Source: Octopus bimaculoides (taxonomy: Eukaryota). Taken from it: a DNA stretch of 36,573 nucleotides. Position 1 is the stretch's first letter, and each line of letters opens with the position of its first letter. This document shows positions 1 through 10,887 of this stretch, piece after piece. Location: NCBI RefSeq assembly GCF_001194135.2, contig NC_068991.1, positions 28,726,013 to 28,762,585 on the forward strand, in the 5' to 3' direction. A program made the translations under genes and the position numbers. Under the pieces are notes generated by a model. The model was not told the origin of the DNA. It made no database searches and saw nothing but the letters and a program-made list of their open reading frames with translations.

Positions 1-1
1 G

Positions 2-2278
2 ACGATAGCTGATCGCTATCCCATCAGGAATTTGCAGGATTTCTCGGCGAACCTGCATGGATGCACCATTTTCTCTAAGATTGATCTGGTACGGGCCTAT
101 CATCAGATACCAGTAAATCCAGAGGATATCCCTAAAACAGCCATCACTACACCTTTCGGTTGTTTTGAATTCCTATTTATGAGTTTTGGTTTGCGTAATG
201 CTACTAGCACTTTTCAGAGGTTTATGGATGAAGTCGTTCGTGGACTTGATTTTGTATTCGCTTATGTCGATGATATACTCATCGCTAGTGATACGGAAGA
301 GAATCATCTCCACCATTTGTCGCAACTTTTTCAGTGTCTTCGCGCTTATAATGTGAAGATTAATCCCAACAAGTGTCTTTTCGGGCAGTCATCCCTGAAT
401 TTTCTGGGACATTTGGTTGATTCTAATGGGATCAAACCTCTTCCTGCTAAAGTCGATGCAATTCAACGCATCGCACCTCCAACCTCTCTGCGACAGTTGC
501 GCCATTTTTTAGGCATGGTCAATTTTTACAGNNNNNNNNNNNNNNNNNNNNNNNNNNNNNNNNNNNNNNNNNNNNNNNNNNNNNNNNNNNNNNNNNNNNN
601 NNNNNNNNNNNNNNNNNNNNNNNNNNNNNNNNNNNNNNNNNNNNNNNNNNNNNNNNNNNNNNNNNNNNNNNNNNNNNNNNNNNNNNNNNNNNNNNNNNNN
701 NNNNNNNNNNNNNNNNNNNNNNNNNNNNNNNNNNNNNNNNNNNNNNNNNNNNNNNNNNNNNNNNNNNNNNNNNNNNNNNNNNNNNNNNNNNNNNNNNNNN
801 NNNNNNNNNNNNNNNNNNNNNNNNNNNNNNNNNNNNNNNNNNNNNNNNNNNNNNNNNNNNNNNNNNNNNNNNNNNNNNNNNNNNNNNNNNNNNNNNNNNN
901 NNNNNNNNNNNNNNNNNNNNNNNNNNNNNNNNNNNNNNNNNNACAGGAGCAACCTTCTTTATCAAGTTTAGATTTGACTTCGTCAAAATTCAGCAACTGT
1001 AAATTTGCTTATCTTCCACTCCCTTCATCCAAGGGCTCTATATTATGTGACACATCCACAGGTTCTCCTAGGCCTTTAGTACCTACGAACCATCAACGTT
1101 CTGTGTTTGATGCCCTTCATTCTTTGTCACATCCGGGCATCTCAGCAACAGTAAAGCTTATCACTGCTCGGTTTTTCTGGCCCAATATGTGGCGATCAAT
1201 TGCCACTTGGGCACGCTCCTGCATGAAGTGCCAGAGTGCGAAGGTCCATAGGCACGTCCGTGCCCCTCTTGGACAATTTCCTTCTCCTGAAGCCCGTTTC
1301 CGTCACGTCCATCTTGATTTGGTTGGATCGTTACCAGTGTGTCACGGGTTCTCATACCTGTTAACTTGTGTTGACCGTTTCTCACGTTGGCCAGAAGTCA
1401 TTCCTATAGCAGATATTACTTCTGAGACTGTTGCCCAGGCTTTCGTTTCTGGGTGGGTGTCGAGGTTCGGAGTACCGGTCAGTTTGACCACAGATCGTGG
1501 CCGGCAATTTGAGGCCGCGCTTTTTCATGACCTATCACGAATCCTGGGGGTGCATCGTATACGCACCACCAGCTACCATCCCGCTTCTAATGGGATGGTT
1601 GAGCGGTTTCATCGACAACTTAAGGCCGCCTTGCGCGCCTCGCCCAACCCGCAGTTTTGGGTTGAAATTCTTCCCGTTGTCCTCCTTGGATGCCGGACTG
1701 CGGTAAANNNNNNNNNNNNNNNNNNNNNNNNNNNNNNNNNNNNNNNNNNNNNNNNNNNNNNNNNNNNNNNNNNNNNNNNNNNNNNNNNNNNNNNNNNNNN
1801 NNNNNNNNNNNNNNNNNNNNNNNNNNNNNNNNNNNNNNNNNNNNNNNNNNNNNNNNNNNNNNNNNNNNNNNNNNNNNNNNNNNNNNNNNNNNNNNNNNNN
1901 NNNNNNNNNNNNNNNNNNNNNNNNNNNNNNNNNNNNNNNNNNNNNNNNNNNNNNNNNNNNNNNNNNNNNNNNNNNNNNNNNNNNNNNNNNNNNNNNNNNN
2001 NNNNNNNNNNNNNNNNNNNNNNNNNNNNNNNNNNNNNNNNNNNNNNNNNNNNNNNNNNNNNNNNNNNNNNNNNNNNNNNNNNNNNNNNNNNNNNNNNNNN
2101 NNNNNNNNNNNNNNNNNNNNNNNNNNNNNNNNNNNNNNNNNNNNNNNNNNNNNNNNNNNNNNNNNNNNNNNNNNNNNNNNNNNNNNNNNNNNNNNNNNNN
2201 NNTAGAGAACCTTATGTCACTAGGTTTGGCAGGACGGTGCATTGGCCCAAGAAATTGGAAAGAACTATTTACGTTTGA
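2..2278 (+). CDS. pol: Gypsy Pol polyprotein, partial: RT ... [gap] ... integrase (HHCC zinc finger and DDE core) ... [gap] ... C-terminal TRFGR motif
   Basis: Frame is open from base 2 ([14 protein letters not shown]). RT motifs [39 protein letters not shown]. Integrase zinc finger HSLSHPG...CMKC and core HLDLVG...LTTDRG...GMVERFHR. RNase H would fall inside gap 532-942 and is not observed. No stops in the sequenced parts. Confidence 0.93.
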   Translation, partial: TIADRYPIRNLQDFSANLHGCTIFSKIDLVRAYHQIPVNPEDIPKTAITTPFGCFEFLFMSFGLRNATSTFQRFMDEVVRGLDFVFAYVDDILIASDTEENHLHHLSQLFQCLRAYNVKINPNKCLFGQSSLNFLGHLVDSNGIKPLPAKVDAIQRIAPPTSLRQLRHFLGMVNFYXXXXXXXXXXXXXXXXXXXXXXXXXXXXXXXXXXXXXXXXXXXXXXXXXXXXXXXXXXXXXXXXXXXXXXXXXXXXXXXXXXXXXXXXXXXXXXXXXXXXXXXXXXXXXXXXXXXXXXXXXXXXXXXXXXXXXXXXXXQEQPSLSSLDLTSSKFSNCKFAYLPLPSSKGSILCDTSTGSPRPLVPTNHQRSVFDALHSLSHPGISATVKLITARFFWPNMWRSIATWARSCMKCQSAKVHRHVRAPLGQFPSPEARFRHVHLDLVGSLPVCHGFSYLLTCVDRFSRWPEVIPIADITSETVAQAFVSGWVSRFGVPVSLTTDRGRQFEAALFHDLSRILGVHRIRTTSYHPASNGMVERFHRQLKAALRASPNPQFWVEILPVVLLGCRTAVXXXXXXXXXXXXXXXXXXXXXXXXXXXXXXXXXXXXXXXXXXXXXXXXXXXXXXXXXXXXXXXXXXXXXXXXXXXXXXXXXXXXXXXXXXXXXXXXXXXXXXXXXXXXXXXXXXXXXXXXXXXXXXXXXXXXXXXXXXXXXXXXXXXXXXXXXXXXXXXXXXXXXXREPYVTRFGRTVHWPKKLERTIYV
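532..942. other. Assembly gap (411 N) inside pol
   Basis: Run of N. Confidence 1.
1708..2201. other. Assembly gap (494 N) inside the integrase C-terminal region
   Basis: Run of N. Confidence 1.
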
Positions 2279-2776
2279 TTTATTGTGTTTTTACTGGACA
2301 ATTTTTTTTTAAACTTTTTTTATTGAACATTTTTTCAGGCCGTCTATATGTATGTGAGAAATCACAGCAGAAAGAAAGTCAGAACACGTAAGAGTTTTAT
2401 ACCAAGTTCTTTGAGTACACAATTGGAAAGTCGCAGGCTGTAATTCTTGTCTGTTTTATCGTGAGTGAAAACATCCACTCTAACAGATTCGACAAAACCG
2501 AATGTGTTGATTTGGAGTGTCTGTACTCAGGAAGTCGTGGTCAGTTGCGGAGCTGTGGTTGAGCATCGATGCCAGTTTCGACCTGTTGCTTGGTACTAGG
2601 TATCTTAGTCAGTTGGCTCTTGCTATTTTCCGTGAGGGGATGTCCCACTCATACAGTGAAGATAAAACCGAGTGTTTGATATATATATATATTTGTGCCG
2701 CATTTTCTGCGTGGTTTCGATGGCCATCTCACCTCAGATGTCCCTCCAAAATTTTTTAATTTCGTGTTTCACACTC

Positions 2777-2785
2777 AAGGGGGAG
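2777..2785 (+). promoter_or_regulatory. Polypurine tract (plus-strand primer site) of the Gypsy element
   Basis: AAGGGGGAG lies 4 nt before TGTAGTGACG. Confidence 0.8.
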
Positions 2786-2789
2786 CCAT

Positions 2790-3214
2790 TGTAGTGACGT
2801 CACATTGGCGCCAAAAGGCCGACGCCATTGCTGAATCCTTAACCACGCATGCGTGGGTTTCAACATCGAAGCGTTCCTGCTATTAGACTGTCTCTTACCA
2901 AGCCAGACAGCGACCAAGCCAGACAGCGACCAAGCCAGACAGCGACCAAGCAAGACGTCTAAGCAAGCTCTCCCATTTGAGTGTGGTTGAACCAAGTTGT
3001 TTCTATAACGACACCAGCTCGAAGAACCGTACATCTACATTTCAGGCTACTCTAAAACCGGACAATTAGAAGCTGTTTTATTTTCCACCGAACAATAAAT
3101 ATTTGTTGTTGTTGATCAGTTTGGAGTTTCTGCGTTCAGTTCTCTTCCAATTTAATGTAGGAAAGTTAGGTGTATATCTAAAGATATATAACCCACTCTC
3201 CTAAATATTAGACA
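2790..3214 (+). repeat. Putative 3' LTR
   Basis: Starts TGTAG right after the PPT. TATAAC near 3004 and AATAAA at 3094-3099. End is either ...CTACA at 3039 or ...GACA at 3214; the poly(A) signal favours the longer one. No second LTR in the window to confirm. Confidence 0.6.
2897..2956 (+). repeat. 16-bp tandem repeat ACCAAGCCAGACAGCG, 3 perfect copies plus 1 partial, inside the LTR
   Basis: Read directly: 2897-2912, 2913-2928, 2929-2944, partial 2945-2956. Confidence 0.95.
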
Positions 3215-3222
3215 TTGTTTTT

Positions 3223-3725
3223 GGATCTTTCTGATTTGACGGACAACACTTTTCATTTAATCAGAAAGATCCAGGGTTTTAGAGTTAGGGTTACGGTTAG
3301 GGTTATGATTATTTTTGCCATAACCTCACTGATAACCCTAACCCTAAAACCCTATAACTCATAACCATAACCCTAACCTTAACCCCAACCCTAACCTTAA
3401 AACCCTAAACCTAACTCTAAAACCCGAACCCTAACCCTAAAACCCTAAACCCTTACTAGGGAGTAATGATATAATTAAACAGGGAATAACACTCTTGACA
3501 CCGGCAAAAATTATTGTTTACAAAAACAGTAGTAACTGTATTCAGCTGAATAGACGTCAGTGATTGGTTGAAATTACAGAAATACGACAACTTTAACTTG
3601 CGATGTACAATTTTTAGTTAAGAAGGCTAAGAGAAAAAGTTTTATATGACACATTCTACCAGTATCCCAAGTTTGAAAGTGTTTCGTTAAGAAAACAAGT
3701 GGTGCCCGTCAAATCAGAAGGATCC
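3223..3725. mobile_element. Non-autonomous inverted-repeat element (MITE or Helentron/HINE-like) with internal telomere-like repeats
   Basis: 29-bp inverted arms at 3223-3251 and 3697-3725 (26/29 match). An extra inner inverted copy at 3259-3272 forms a left-end hairpin. Flanks are T-rich. Confidence 0.7.
3273..3454. repeat. Degenerate telomere-like repeats: (TTAGGG)-like 3273-3307, then (CCCTAA)-like 3320-3454
   Basis: GTTAGGGTTACGGTTAGGGTT followed by many TAACCC/TAAAACCC units. Confidence 0.9.
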
Positions 3726-3736
3726 TTGTTTTTTTC

Positions 3737-4350
3737 GTAATAAAAAGTTTTGAATGGTACAACAATGCACTATAATACAAAAAATGGACTATATACTTGT
3801 ATTTCTCAGATCAACTCCCTAGCAGTTGCGAACTCGGCCTAGCCCAGGAGTAGAGATAAGAGAGTTGAGAAACGTGCTAAAGTCGGATGCCAAATAAACT
3901 TTCTTAAACGCTGCCTAAAAAACAACATAATCCCCAACACCATCAGGAACATACATCTACCCTCGTGTTTCCGCAGCCTTACCCTTCGACGATCACTGAA
4001 ATATATACATACGTTCGTCATCAGAGCACGTATCCAAGGCAAGTGCAGCAGAACGGAGGACAAGATGACCCACACTACATGCTTCCTAGATGTATTGAAA
4101 ATCAACGGGTATCCTAGATCCATTCCTTAAAATACCCCATTTTTGCGAGAGGGTAACTACAGCCATGCCCCTCTCTGAGAGAACACCTCGTAAAGAAACG
4201 AATAAGGGACAACAATCAATGCACATTAACAAATTGTCCCATCCGTGACACAGATTTATGCCAACGAGTAAATATTGTGTATAGACAAGTATATAGTCCA
4301 TTTTTTTTGTTTTATAATGCATTGTTGCACCATTCGAAACTTTTTATTAC
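3737..4350 (+). mobile_element. Internally deleted Penelope-like element remnant bounded by ~65-bp inverted repeats
   Basis: Open frame 3843-4130 contains FLKRCLKNNIIP (PLE N-terminal motif) and RARIQGKCS...LKINGYP (PLE RT thumb motif). CPI...LCQRVNIVY at 4235-4282 resembles the start of a GIY-YIG domain. Inverted arms at 3737-3800 and 4285-4350. Confidence 0.75.
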
Positions 4351-4825
4351 AAACAATACACAATGTTTCAAGCGAACTACAATACTCTCTTATTGTTTTT
4401 TCTTTACTGCATTAATATTTTTAATTTGATTTTTAATGATCACTACATTAAACTAACTTAACAACAGGTGAGCTTTTATCCAGCCATGTTACAACGATTT
4501 ATTAACCCTAAAAACTTGCTATACCAACCCTCTGTCTTCGACACACTACATTCTCCTCTATACCATCGCCTCCTCTTCGTTCATTCAGTGTCACCCTCTC
4601 CTTACACACACTAAAACTAGCCGATCTTTCCTACCCACCCCAACACACTGAAAACCCCTATCAACTTAATTCACCTCAACGATTTAGAAGGCTATGGGTA
4701 CTGTCCCATCTTCTGCTCCAACAAGATAAATCAGTAGACGTGACTAAATTGCCACGTGAAGCTGGATTTCTTGTGATTATTCTTAGTTTTACTGTTACTC
4801 TTGTTTATATTGCTTGTACTCACAA

Positions 4826-5035
4826 GACAGCAAGCTGGCAGTAGCACGCCGGGTAAAATGCTTAACAGCATTTCGTCCGTCTTTACGTTCTGAGTTCAAA
4901 TGCCACCGAGGTCGATTTTGCTTTTCATCCTTTCGGGTTTGGTAAAATAAGTACCAGTTGAACACGGAGTCGATATTGTCGACTTACTCCCTCCCCGGAA
5001 ATTGCTGGCCGTGTGCCAAACTCTGAAACCAATAT
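4826..5035 (+). mobile_element. tRNA-derived SINE, family A (CpG-retaining copy)
   Basis: Box-A-like GCTGGCAG, box-B-like GAGTTCAAATGCC, conserved core GCTTTTCATCCTTTCGGG...AAAATAAGTACCAG; homologous to 10680-10887 and 30497-30687. Confidence 0.85.
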
Positions 5036-5468
5036 CACTAGTACACTTGCCATTTATATTATTTGATCCTGTTGTTTAGCAGCTACTCGTTCTTGTTTAA
5101 CTTCCACTTGTCAGCTCTGATCTAAACACGCCACCTATTATGATCAAAGACATACCAATCATGACCTTCCCCATTTTTTTTCAAAGGGCAGTATACGTTG
5201 AACGACTATAATTTCAGTGTGTATGGTTTTAAGGTAGTAAGTAGTAGTGAAAGATTTAGCTGCTGTTTCTAGTCGACCACGTAGAACTGTCTCATTTGCA
5301 GTTAGAGTAAATCTTTGCATTTATCTATTTACACACAATCACAGTTACACGTCTACGAAAAATTGTAGCTCTACAACTTCGAATATATGCTTTACAATAT
5401 ATAAACACACACTATTCATCCATTTCCAAGTAAGTTTATCTTATATATGTGTATATATATATATATAT

Positions 5469-5490
5469 AAGACTCACAGACAGCGATAAG

Positions 5491-5564
<74 letters not shown>

Positions 5565-5588
5565 GGGTTATCGCTGTCTATGAGTCTT
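5469..5588. repeat. 24-bp inverted repeat (22/24) enclosing a compound (CT)n(TA)n microsatellite
   Basis: AAGACTCACAGACAGCGATAAGCC at 5469-5492 versus GGGTTATCGCTGTCTATGAGTCTT at 5565-5588. Confidence 0.9.
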
Positions 5589-5839
5589 GGCGAAACAGCT
5601 CTGTCATATTTACATCTTACAACCTTATGTCTCTCTCCTCCTCTTTCATTTCTTTTATCCTCTCACTCTCACTCATTCTATATTTCACCCTTTCTCCACC
5701 TCTCTCTATCATTCTTACACCTCTGTCTGTATCTCCTTCCACCTCTCTCTATCTCTCCCTCTCACCTTCTCTATTTCTTCTATTTAGACATGAACAGTCA
5801 CCTTCATTGTGCATTTCTCCATCAACTCTCTCATCCCTA

Positions 5840-5950
5840 ATGAATCCCCCTAAAACTGGCAAGTATCAGGAGATTTCCGCCCGTGCTGGTCATCTAGTTG
5901 CTTGCTTTGGCAATTTTATGTGTGTCTGGGGTGGCTACGAAGTCAGAGAG
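5840..5950 (+). CDS. KLHDC2: Kelch domain-containing protein 2-like, coding exon 1 (MNPPKTGKYQEISARAGHLVACFGNFMCVWGGYEVRE)
   Basis: Kelch GG-Y motif matching human KLHDC2 ERSGHVAV...VWGGY as recalled. Donor GTAAGA at 5951, phase 0. The start codon is the nearest plausible ATG and is unconfirmed. Confidence 0.85.
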
Positions 5951-6390
5951 GTAAGACTGCTTCCATTAATTACATTTGTAGCTACCTTCATTAATCACTC
6001 TTGTAAATATTAACAACAATATTTAAACCTCCTAACTGACAATCTTCCTCCCACATTGCTTTAGGTTTAAAGGAATTGATGTCAGAAAACATAAACACGC
6101 ACTTAACACATGTTTGTGCAGTAGTTGAGATGTCCATGCCTTTCTCAACATTCTCATTATACACATGCTCACACTCTCACAACTGTATATATACACACGT
6201 ATGTATATCTGTGAGTAATATATATAGAGAAGGCAGTATTCTTTCACACACACACACACATGTAGGTATATATATATATATATATATGTGTGTGTATTAA
6301 GGCTACCATCGGTTTCATGTCAAGAAAAAATATCTTAATATCTTAATTTTTCAAACCAATCATATGAAGGAATGGTGTACGACATATACA

Positions 6391-6437
<47 letters not shown>

Positions 6438-8587
6438 TGTGTGTAGTAAACTTGTCGAGTCGGTGCGTAAACAACGACTTGCCACATAAAACAGAGAGGA
6501 CTAACGAAGAAACGACATGCTGGAATCTTTAAATGTCTACAAATATTGTAAAGTATTGTGGTTACTGTTCATAAAATACACCATAAACAAGAGTGCACTT
6601 TACACCAAAAGCCAGTACGAGTTTCTTTTCATATCTATCGCAGTATAGTTTAAGTAAGGATAAATATTCTCTGCAATTAAGTCAGTTTATTTAGTTTTAA
6701 AAATTATTGGCTCATAAAGAATTAATTTATACAAATGTCTACAAAATGTTTTAGATGGACTGTTTTATGTTTATAAAATAAACCATAGGGGAAAAAAAGA
6801 TAATGAACTCTAATTAATCTCTAAAGTCATTTATGTAAAACGATGGTTTATTTATCAATTAAGTGAAGAATATAGCTTGTGTTTGGGAATTTTGGACTGG
6901 AGGTCGTTGTTTACGTACACAAACAACAAACCAGATGCTACAATCTTTGCTACCAAGTGGGTGGCCGGTCAAAATTTACTCTAAATTAAAGAGAACTTAC
7001 ATACGTGTGTGTGTCACATAGATTATAAACTCCGAGTATCAACAGAGTTGTGTTTATACATGAAGGTATTTTAGACAGGAGTCTTCTTCATCATGCGGAT
7101 CCTTTCTGTTTGGCTGCCACTTTTCAGTATCTCTACTATGGACCTTTAGATGTGTATCTAATGGTTGTCAAAAACTAACGGAGGACCATTTACGTAAAGA
7201 GTGTATAGTAACAGAAATACTGATAAATAAACACTATATCTTTAAGATTAAAACACTATATCTGTTTTATCATTAATCGAACCGTGTGTTACCGAATATC
7301 TATGGAAAGCCTTTGTATTATTTCGTAATATAGAGGGCGATTGAAATGAAAGTAAAATTTAAACAAATAAAATCTGAATTTTTGTGCCAGTATAGAAGAA
7401 ACAAAGTACATTTCGTTGTTTCCATTTCGAATTTTTTATGACTTCATACAATTTTACGTAGGTTTCAGTAACACATTTAAATAGGACATAACCAAACCGT
7501 ATATCAGCTTCATCTGCCTGTCTTGCTTTTATTTATCCTTTTCAGGTTCTATTATATTTGTTCTATAAATATATACCACAAATAAATGGATTTGTAGTTA
7601 GTTTAATGTGTGTGTAGGTGTGTGTATACATACACAAACAAATGCACATAAATTGATGTGTATATGTATACGAAATACATACACAGATGTTTAATATATA
7701 TTTATGTAATTAATAAATCTTGTTATAGAACTAGTCTATTGAATGGCAGTCATAGCAACATGATGTAGATTCCTATCTAAAATACCTTCAAGTAGAAACA
7801 CAACTCCATCAATACTCGGACTTTATAATCTATGTGACACACATGTATGGAATCTTTTGTTTGGCTGTACCTGTGGAAATTTAAAAATTTGGTGTATTGA
7901 TGTAATTTTCCACGCTGAATTTAGGGATATATTTAACTTTTTCTAGAAAATATTTAAAAAAAAGTTTGATTATTTTTACCCAGTGAGAAAACTGGATTTG
8001 GATGTTGTCATTTTGTGCGTGACAGCACGTGTTGTCAACTGTAAACAAATGAAATATTGGCGGAATTCTGCTTTTCGCAATCCATATCATAACTTTTTTT
8101 TTTTTTGGTAATTTGCAGAAAATTTTGGCGAATTTATATTCTATACACTGGAATTCAGACGATTGAGCAAAAATCAAAAACAAGAAATTGGTGCATGATT
8201 TAAGGCCTATTTAGCTATTATTTTTAGCACCTCTCACAACCACCATTTAATAAGCGAAAAATGACCGCCTGTGTAGATAGCTTGGTAACGGTTTTGGCTT
8301 GTTACTATGGTAACAGGCATGTATGTATCTGTGGTTTACAATTGGCTAAAATTACCCAAAATTTGCAAACTTTAAAAGCTATTAACTTGTAGTACACGGC
8401 GTTACTACAAACTCTTTATTTATTGATTTATGGCGAAAATGAATTAGCATAAAAGACTACATGATTACATCTAATATGAAATCAGTTGGAAAAGAACAGC
8501 TAAACAGAAAAGATCCAAGATATTAACATACCTGAAACAGGTATTTGACTACAATAATAATTGGAAGTCAAGTTTATGGCCTCCGTA

Positions 8588-8760
8588 TCATCATCATTAT
8601 TATCGTTTTACATTCGTTTCCCATGCTGACATGGTTTGGAGGAGTCATTATTTCTGCTCTGCAAATTGTATGTGGGACTATATTTTGCTCGTAAATTTTT
8701 GGCTTGGTTTCTACTGCTGGATACCCTTCGTACTACCAACCACTTCACAGAATGTACTGG
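8588..8760 (-). mobile_element. RTE LINE 3' tail fragment ending in (GAT)n
   Basis: ATCATCATC...TTTCCCATGCTGACATGG matches the tail attached to RT-coding sequence at 28575-29200. Confidence 0.65.
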
Positions 8761-10237
8761 GTACTGACCCTGCAAAGGTTTTCTCCTCAAGGTGCTCACA
8801 ACAATACACGTAGCAGAGTGTACTGGGTGTAATTTATTGTGGCACCTGCACTAGAGAGGTATAGGAGTGAGAGAATGAGGGATAGTAGAAAGTGGATAAA
8901 TGGTGAGAGTGAATGATGGGTGTTGATACCAAATGGTCAGTGGTGGGGAGTATAGATTAGCTGTATGGTGTATATGCAGACCTGATCAGGTTTCATAGGT
9001 ACATGCCTCAAAATTGTAAGAGATCTAGGTTGATAAGGACAAGAGAGAGGGTTAGATAGGTGTCATGGCATCCCTAGTTACACTAATTATATGGTGATCT
9101 AAAGAGATTTATCATTCATCACATCAGTCGTATAGTTCTGTAAAGATGTGAAGAGGAGAGACTAATTGAGAGAGAAGTAGTGGGGGTGAGAGTGATAAAG
9201 GCAGGGACAAAAGAGATACAGGCAACAGACAGATGGGTGAGTGATAAATGTGCTAGAGTAGTGAGGAGCTATAAATGTACATGTTCATGCAAATATAAAG
9301 GTATTTTGCCATCCAGGCTACATTCCTAGTACCCCCACCTCCACTGACCACCACAAAGACCACTTTCTGCATCAAATTCAAAACAATTGTATTTCACAAA
9401 TAGCACTTAACCTAATTAACCCATTATTTTGTTTTTCTTTACATCATCTTTACATCCCCACTTTTCTTTAGCACCCTCCTGGATCTTTCCACACCCTCGG
9501 AGGGGCAGTACTGCCCACTTTAGGAATCACTGGTATAAATCTATATTTACCTATAAATACATACTTACATACGTCTATGTGTGTATATATGCCCACTTTC
9601 CATGCTGGTATGGGTTGAAAGCTCAATCTTAGAGGCCCCGAAAAAATTTACAGTCATAGGTGCAATTCTTTCCTCCATCCCCAACTATATGCTAAAAAAA
9701 TTAAAATTTTGTCTTTCTCTAAACTCTTTGCATTTCCTTGTTCTAAAATTTGTTCTTAATTAATTACTGCTGTAATCTCATTACACCCTTAATTACCTCT
9801 GCTTGTCTCATTACATCTTAACTTCTGTTACTGTTGTTTAGCCCAATGTTAATCCTGATAAGAACATACTTTTTTTTTTTAAGTAGTGGTGTATAGCATT
9901 TGACTGCTATTCCTGGCAGAAGTCTCTCTTTGAGTCTATGTTAATTATGTTAGTTCATTCAACCGCATTAGTCCAATATATTTTCCTATATTTTACCCCA
10001 GATTCAAAACATTCATAATTTCGTTCATCTGTCATTTTGAAACTACGTGTATGTACATATATGCAATATTCATAACATACACCATTATTCATATGCAATC
10101 TCCTTAACAGTAAATCATTGTATCTGCATCACTTCCCATATGTTCTATAAACAGATACAGTTCAGCTACAACTGAACCATATAATCAAAGATTACATTTA
10201 AACATTGAAATTACAGTTGAAACGTTTGTATTTACAG

Positions 10238-10302
10238 TATAATAGAGAAAAATACTGCAAGTCAAATGAAATATGGATGTATGACACAATCCTAAACAGA
10301 TG
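10238..10302 (+). CDS. KLHDC2: KLHDC2-like coding exon 2 (YNREKYCKSNEIWMYDTILNRW)
   Basis: Acceptor TTTACAG, donor GTATGT, 65 nt, phase 0 to 2; matches ...EELWIYNMETGRW. Confidence 0.85.
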
Positions 10303-10679
10303 GTATGTATTCTTTGTTTTTTTTTTGTGTTATTATATTATTGTAAATGTTTATTGCTGGACTCTTCTTCACTGACCAAGTTTCTCAGTATGGCAATGTC
10401 AACTAATAATATCCTTCCATTTCAGGTACCTATGCTGCTTTATTTCAAGCAGCTGCATCCTGAAGAAGTAGAAACGATTTTACATGCCATCAAATAGGTC
10501 TCTGTTTAGTTCAGAAAACTCTGAAAGAATTTTTTTTTTTTTAAGCTGCTATCTCACATTCCTTTCTAAGGTTTTCAGCTAACAACTAGTTTGTGTTTCA
10601 ATTTTCCTGCATGCTATGAGATGCAGACTATATATTTCTGCCACTTTAAGGTTTTGGGAGGTCTTTAATATTCAAAGTC

Positions 10680-10887
10680 ACAAGTTGGCAGAATCATTTG
10701 GGTACTGGGTAAACGCTTAGTGGTATTTCATCCAGCCTTACTTTCTGAGCTCAAATTCTGCTGAAGTCAACTTTGCCTTTCATCCTTTTGGCGTCAATAA
10801 AATAAATACCTGTTGAGCACTGGAGTCAATGTAATCAACTTAACTCTCCCCTGAAATTGCTGGCCTTGTGCCAAAATTTGAAATCAA
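10680..10887 (+). mobile_element. tRNA-derived SINE, family A (CpG-decayed copy)
   Basis: Colinear with 4826-5035. Confidence 0.85.

Larger units (their letters stand above)
1..3214 (+). mobile_element. Ty3/Gypsy LTR retrotransposon, 3' half (pol, 3' UTR, PPT, 3' LTR); 5' part lies outside the window
   Basis: RT-then-integrase domain order in a single frame, followed by a polypurine tract and a TG-starting LTR-like sequence. Right boundary uncertain. Confidence 0.9.

Noticed and set aside
509-2242. ORF-track entries made mostly of X (509-952, 519-986, 526-996, 1535-2242, 1690-2205)
   Set aside because: Artefacts of N gaps being read as open frame.
2517-2759. env-like gene of the Gypsy element
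   Set aside because: Only 80 codons, GTG start, no signal peptide, furin site or clear transmembrane pattern.
2897-2956. CRISPR-like array (also considered for 12411-12556)
   Set aside because: Head-to-tail repeats with no unique spacers, in eukaryotic context, with no cas genes.
3273-3454. Ancestral telomere-telomere fusion site
   Set aside because: The tracts are short, degenerate and enclosed by inverted arms of a repeat element, so a mobile-element origin is simpler.
5580-5839. N-terminal extension of KLHDC2 or overlapping ORFs (5580-5840, 5587-5787, 5627-)
   Set aside because: Low-complexity CT-rich sequence that is open by composition and has no homology signal; a longer N-terminus cannot be fully excluded without transcripts.
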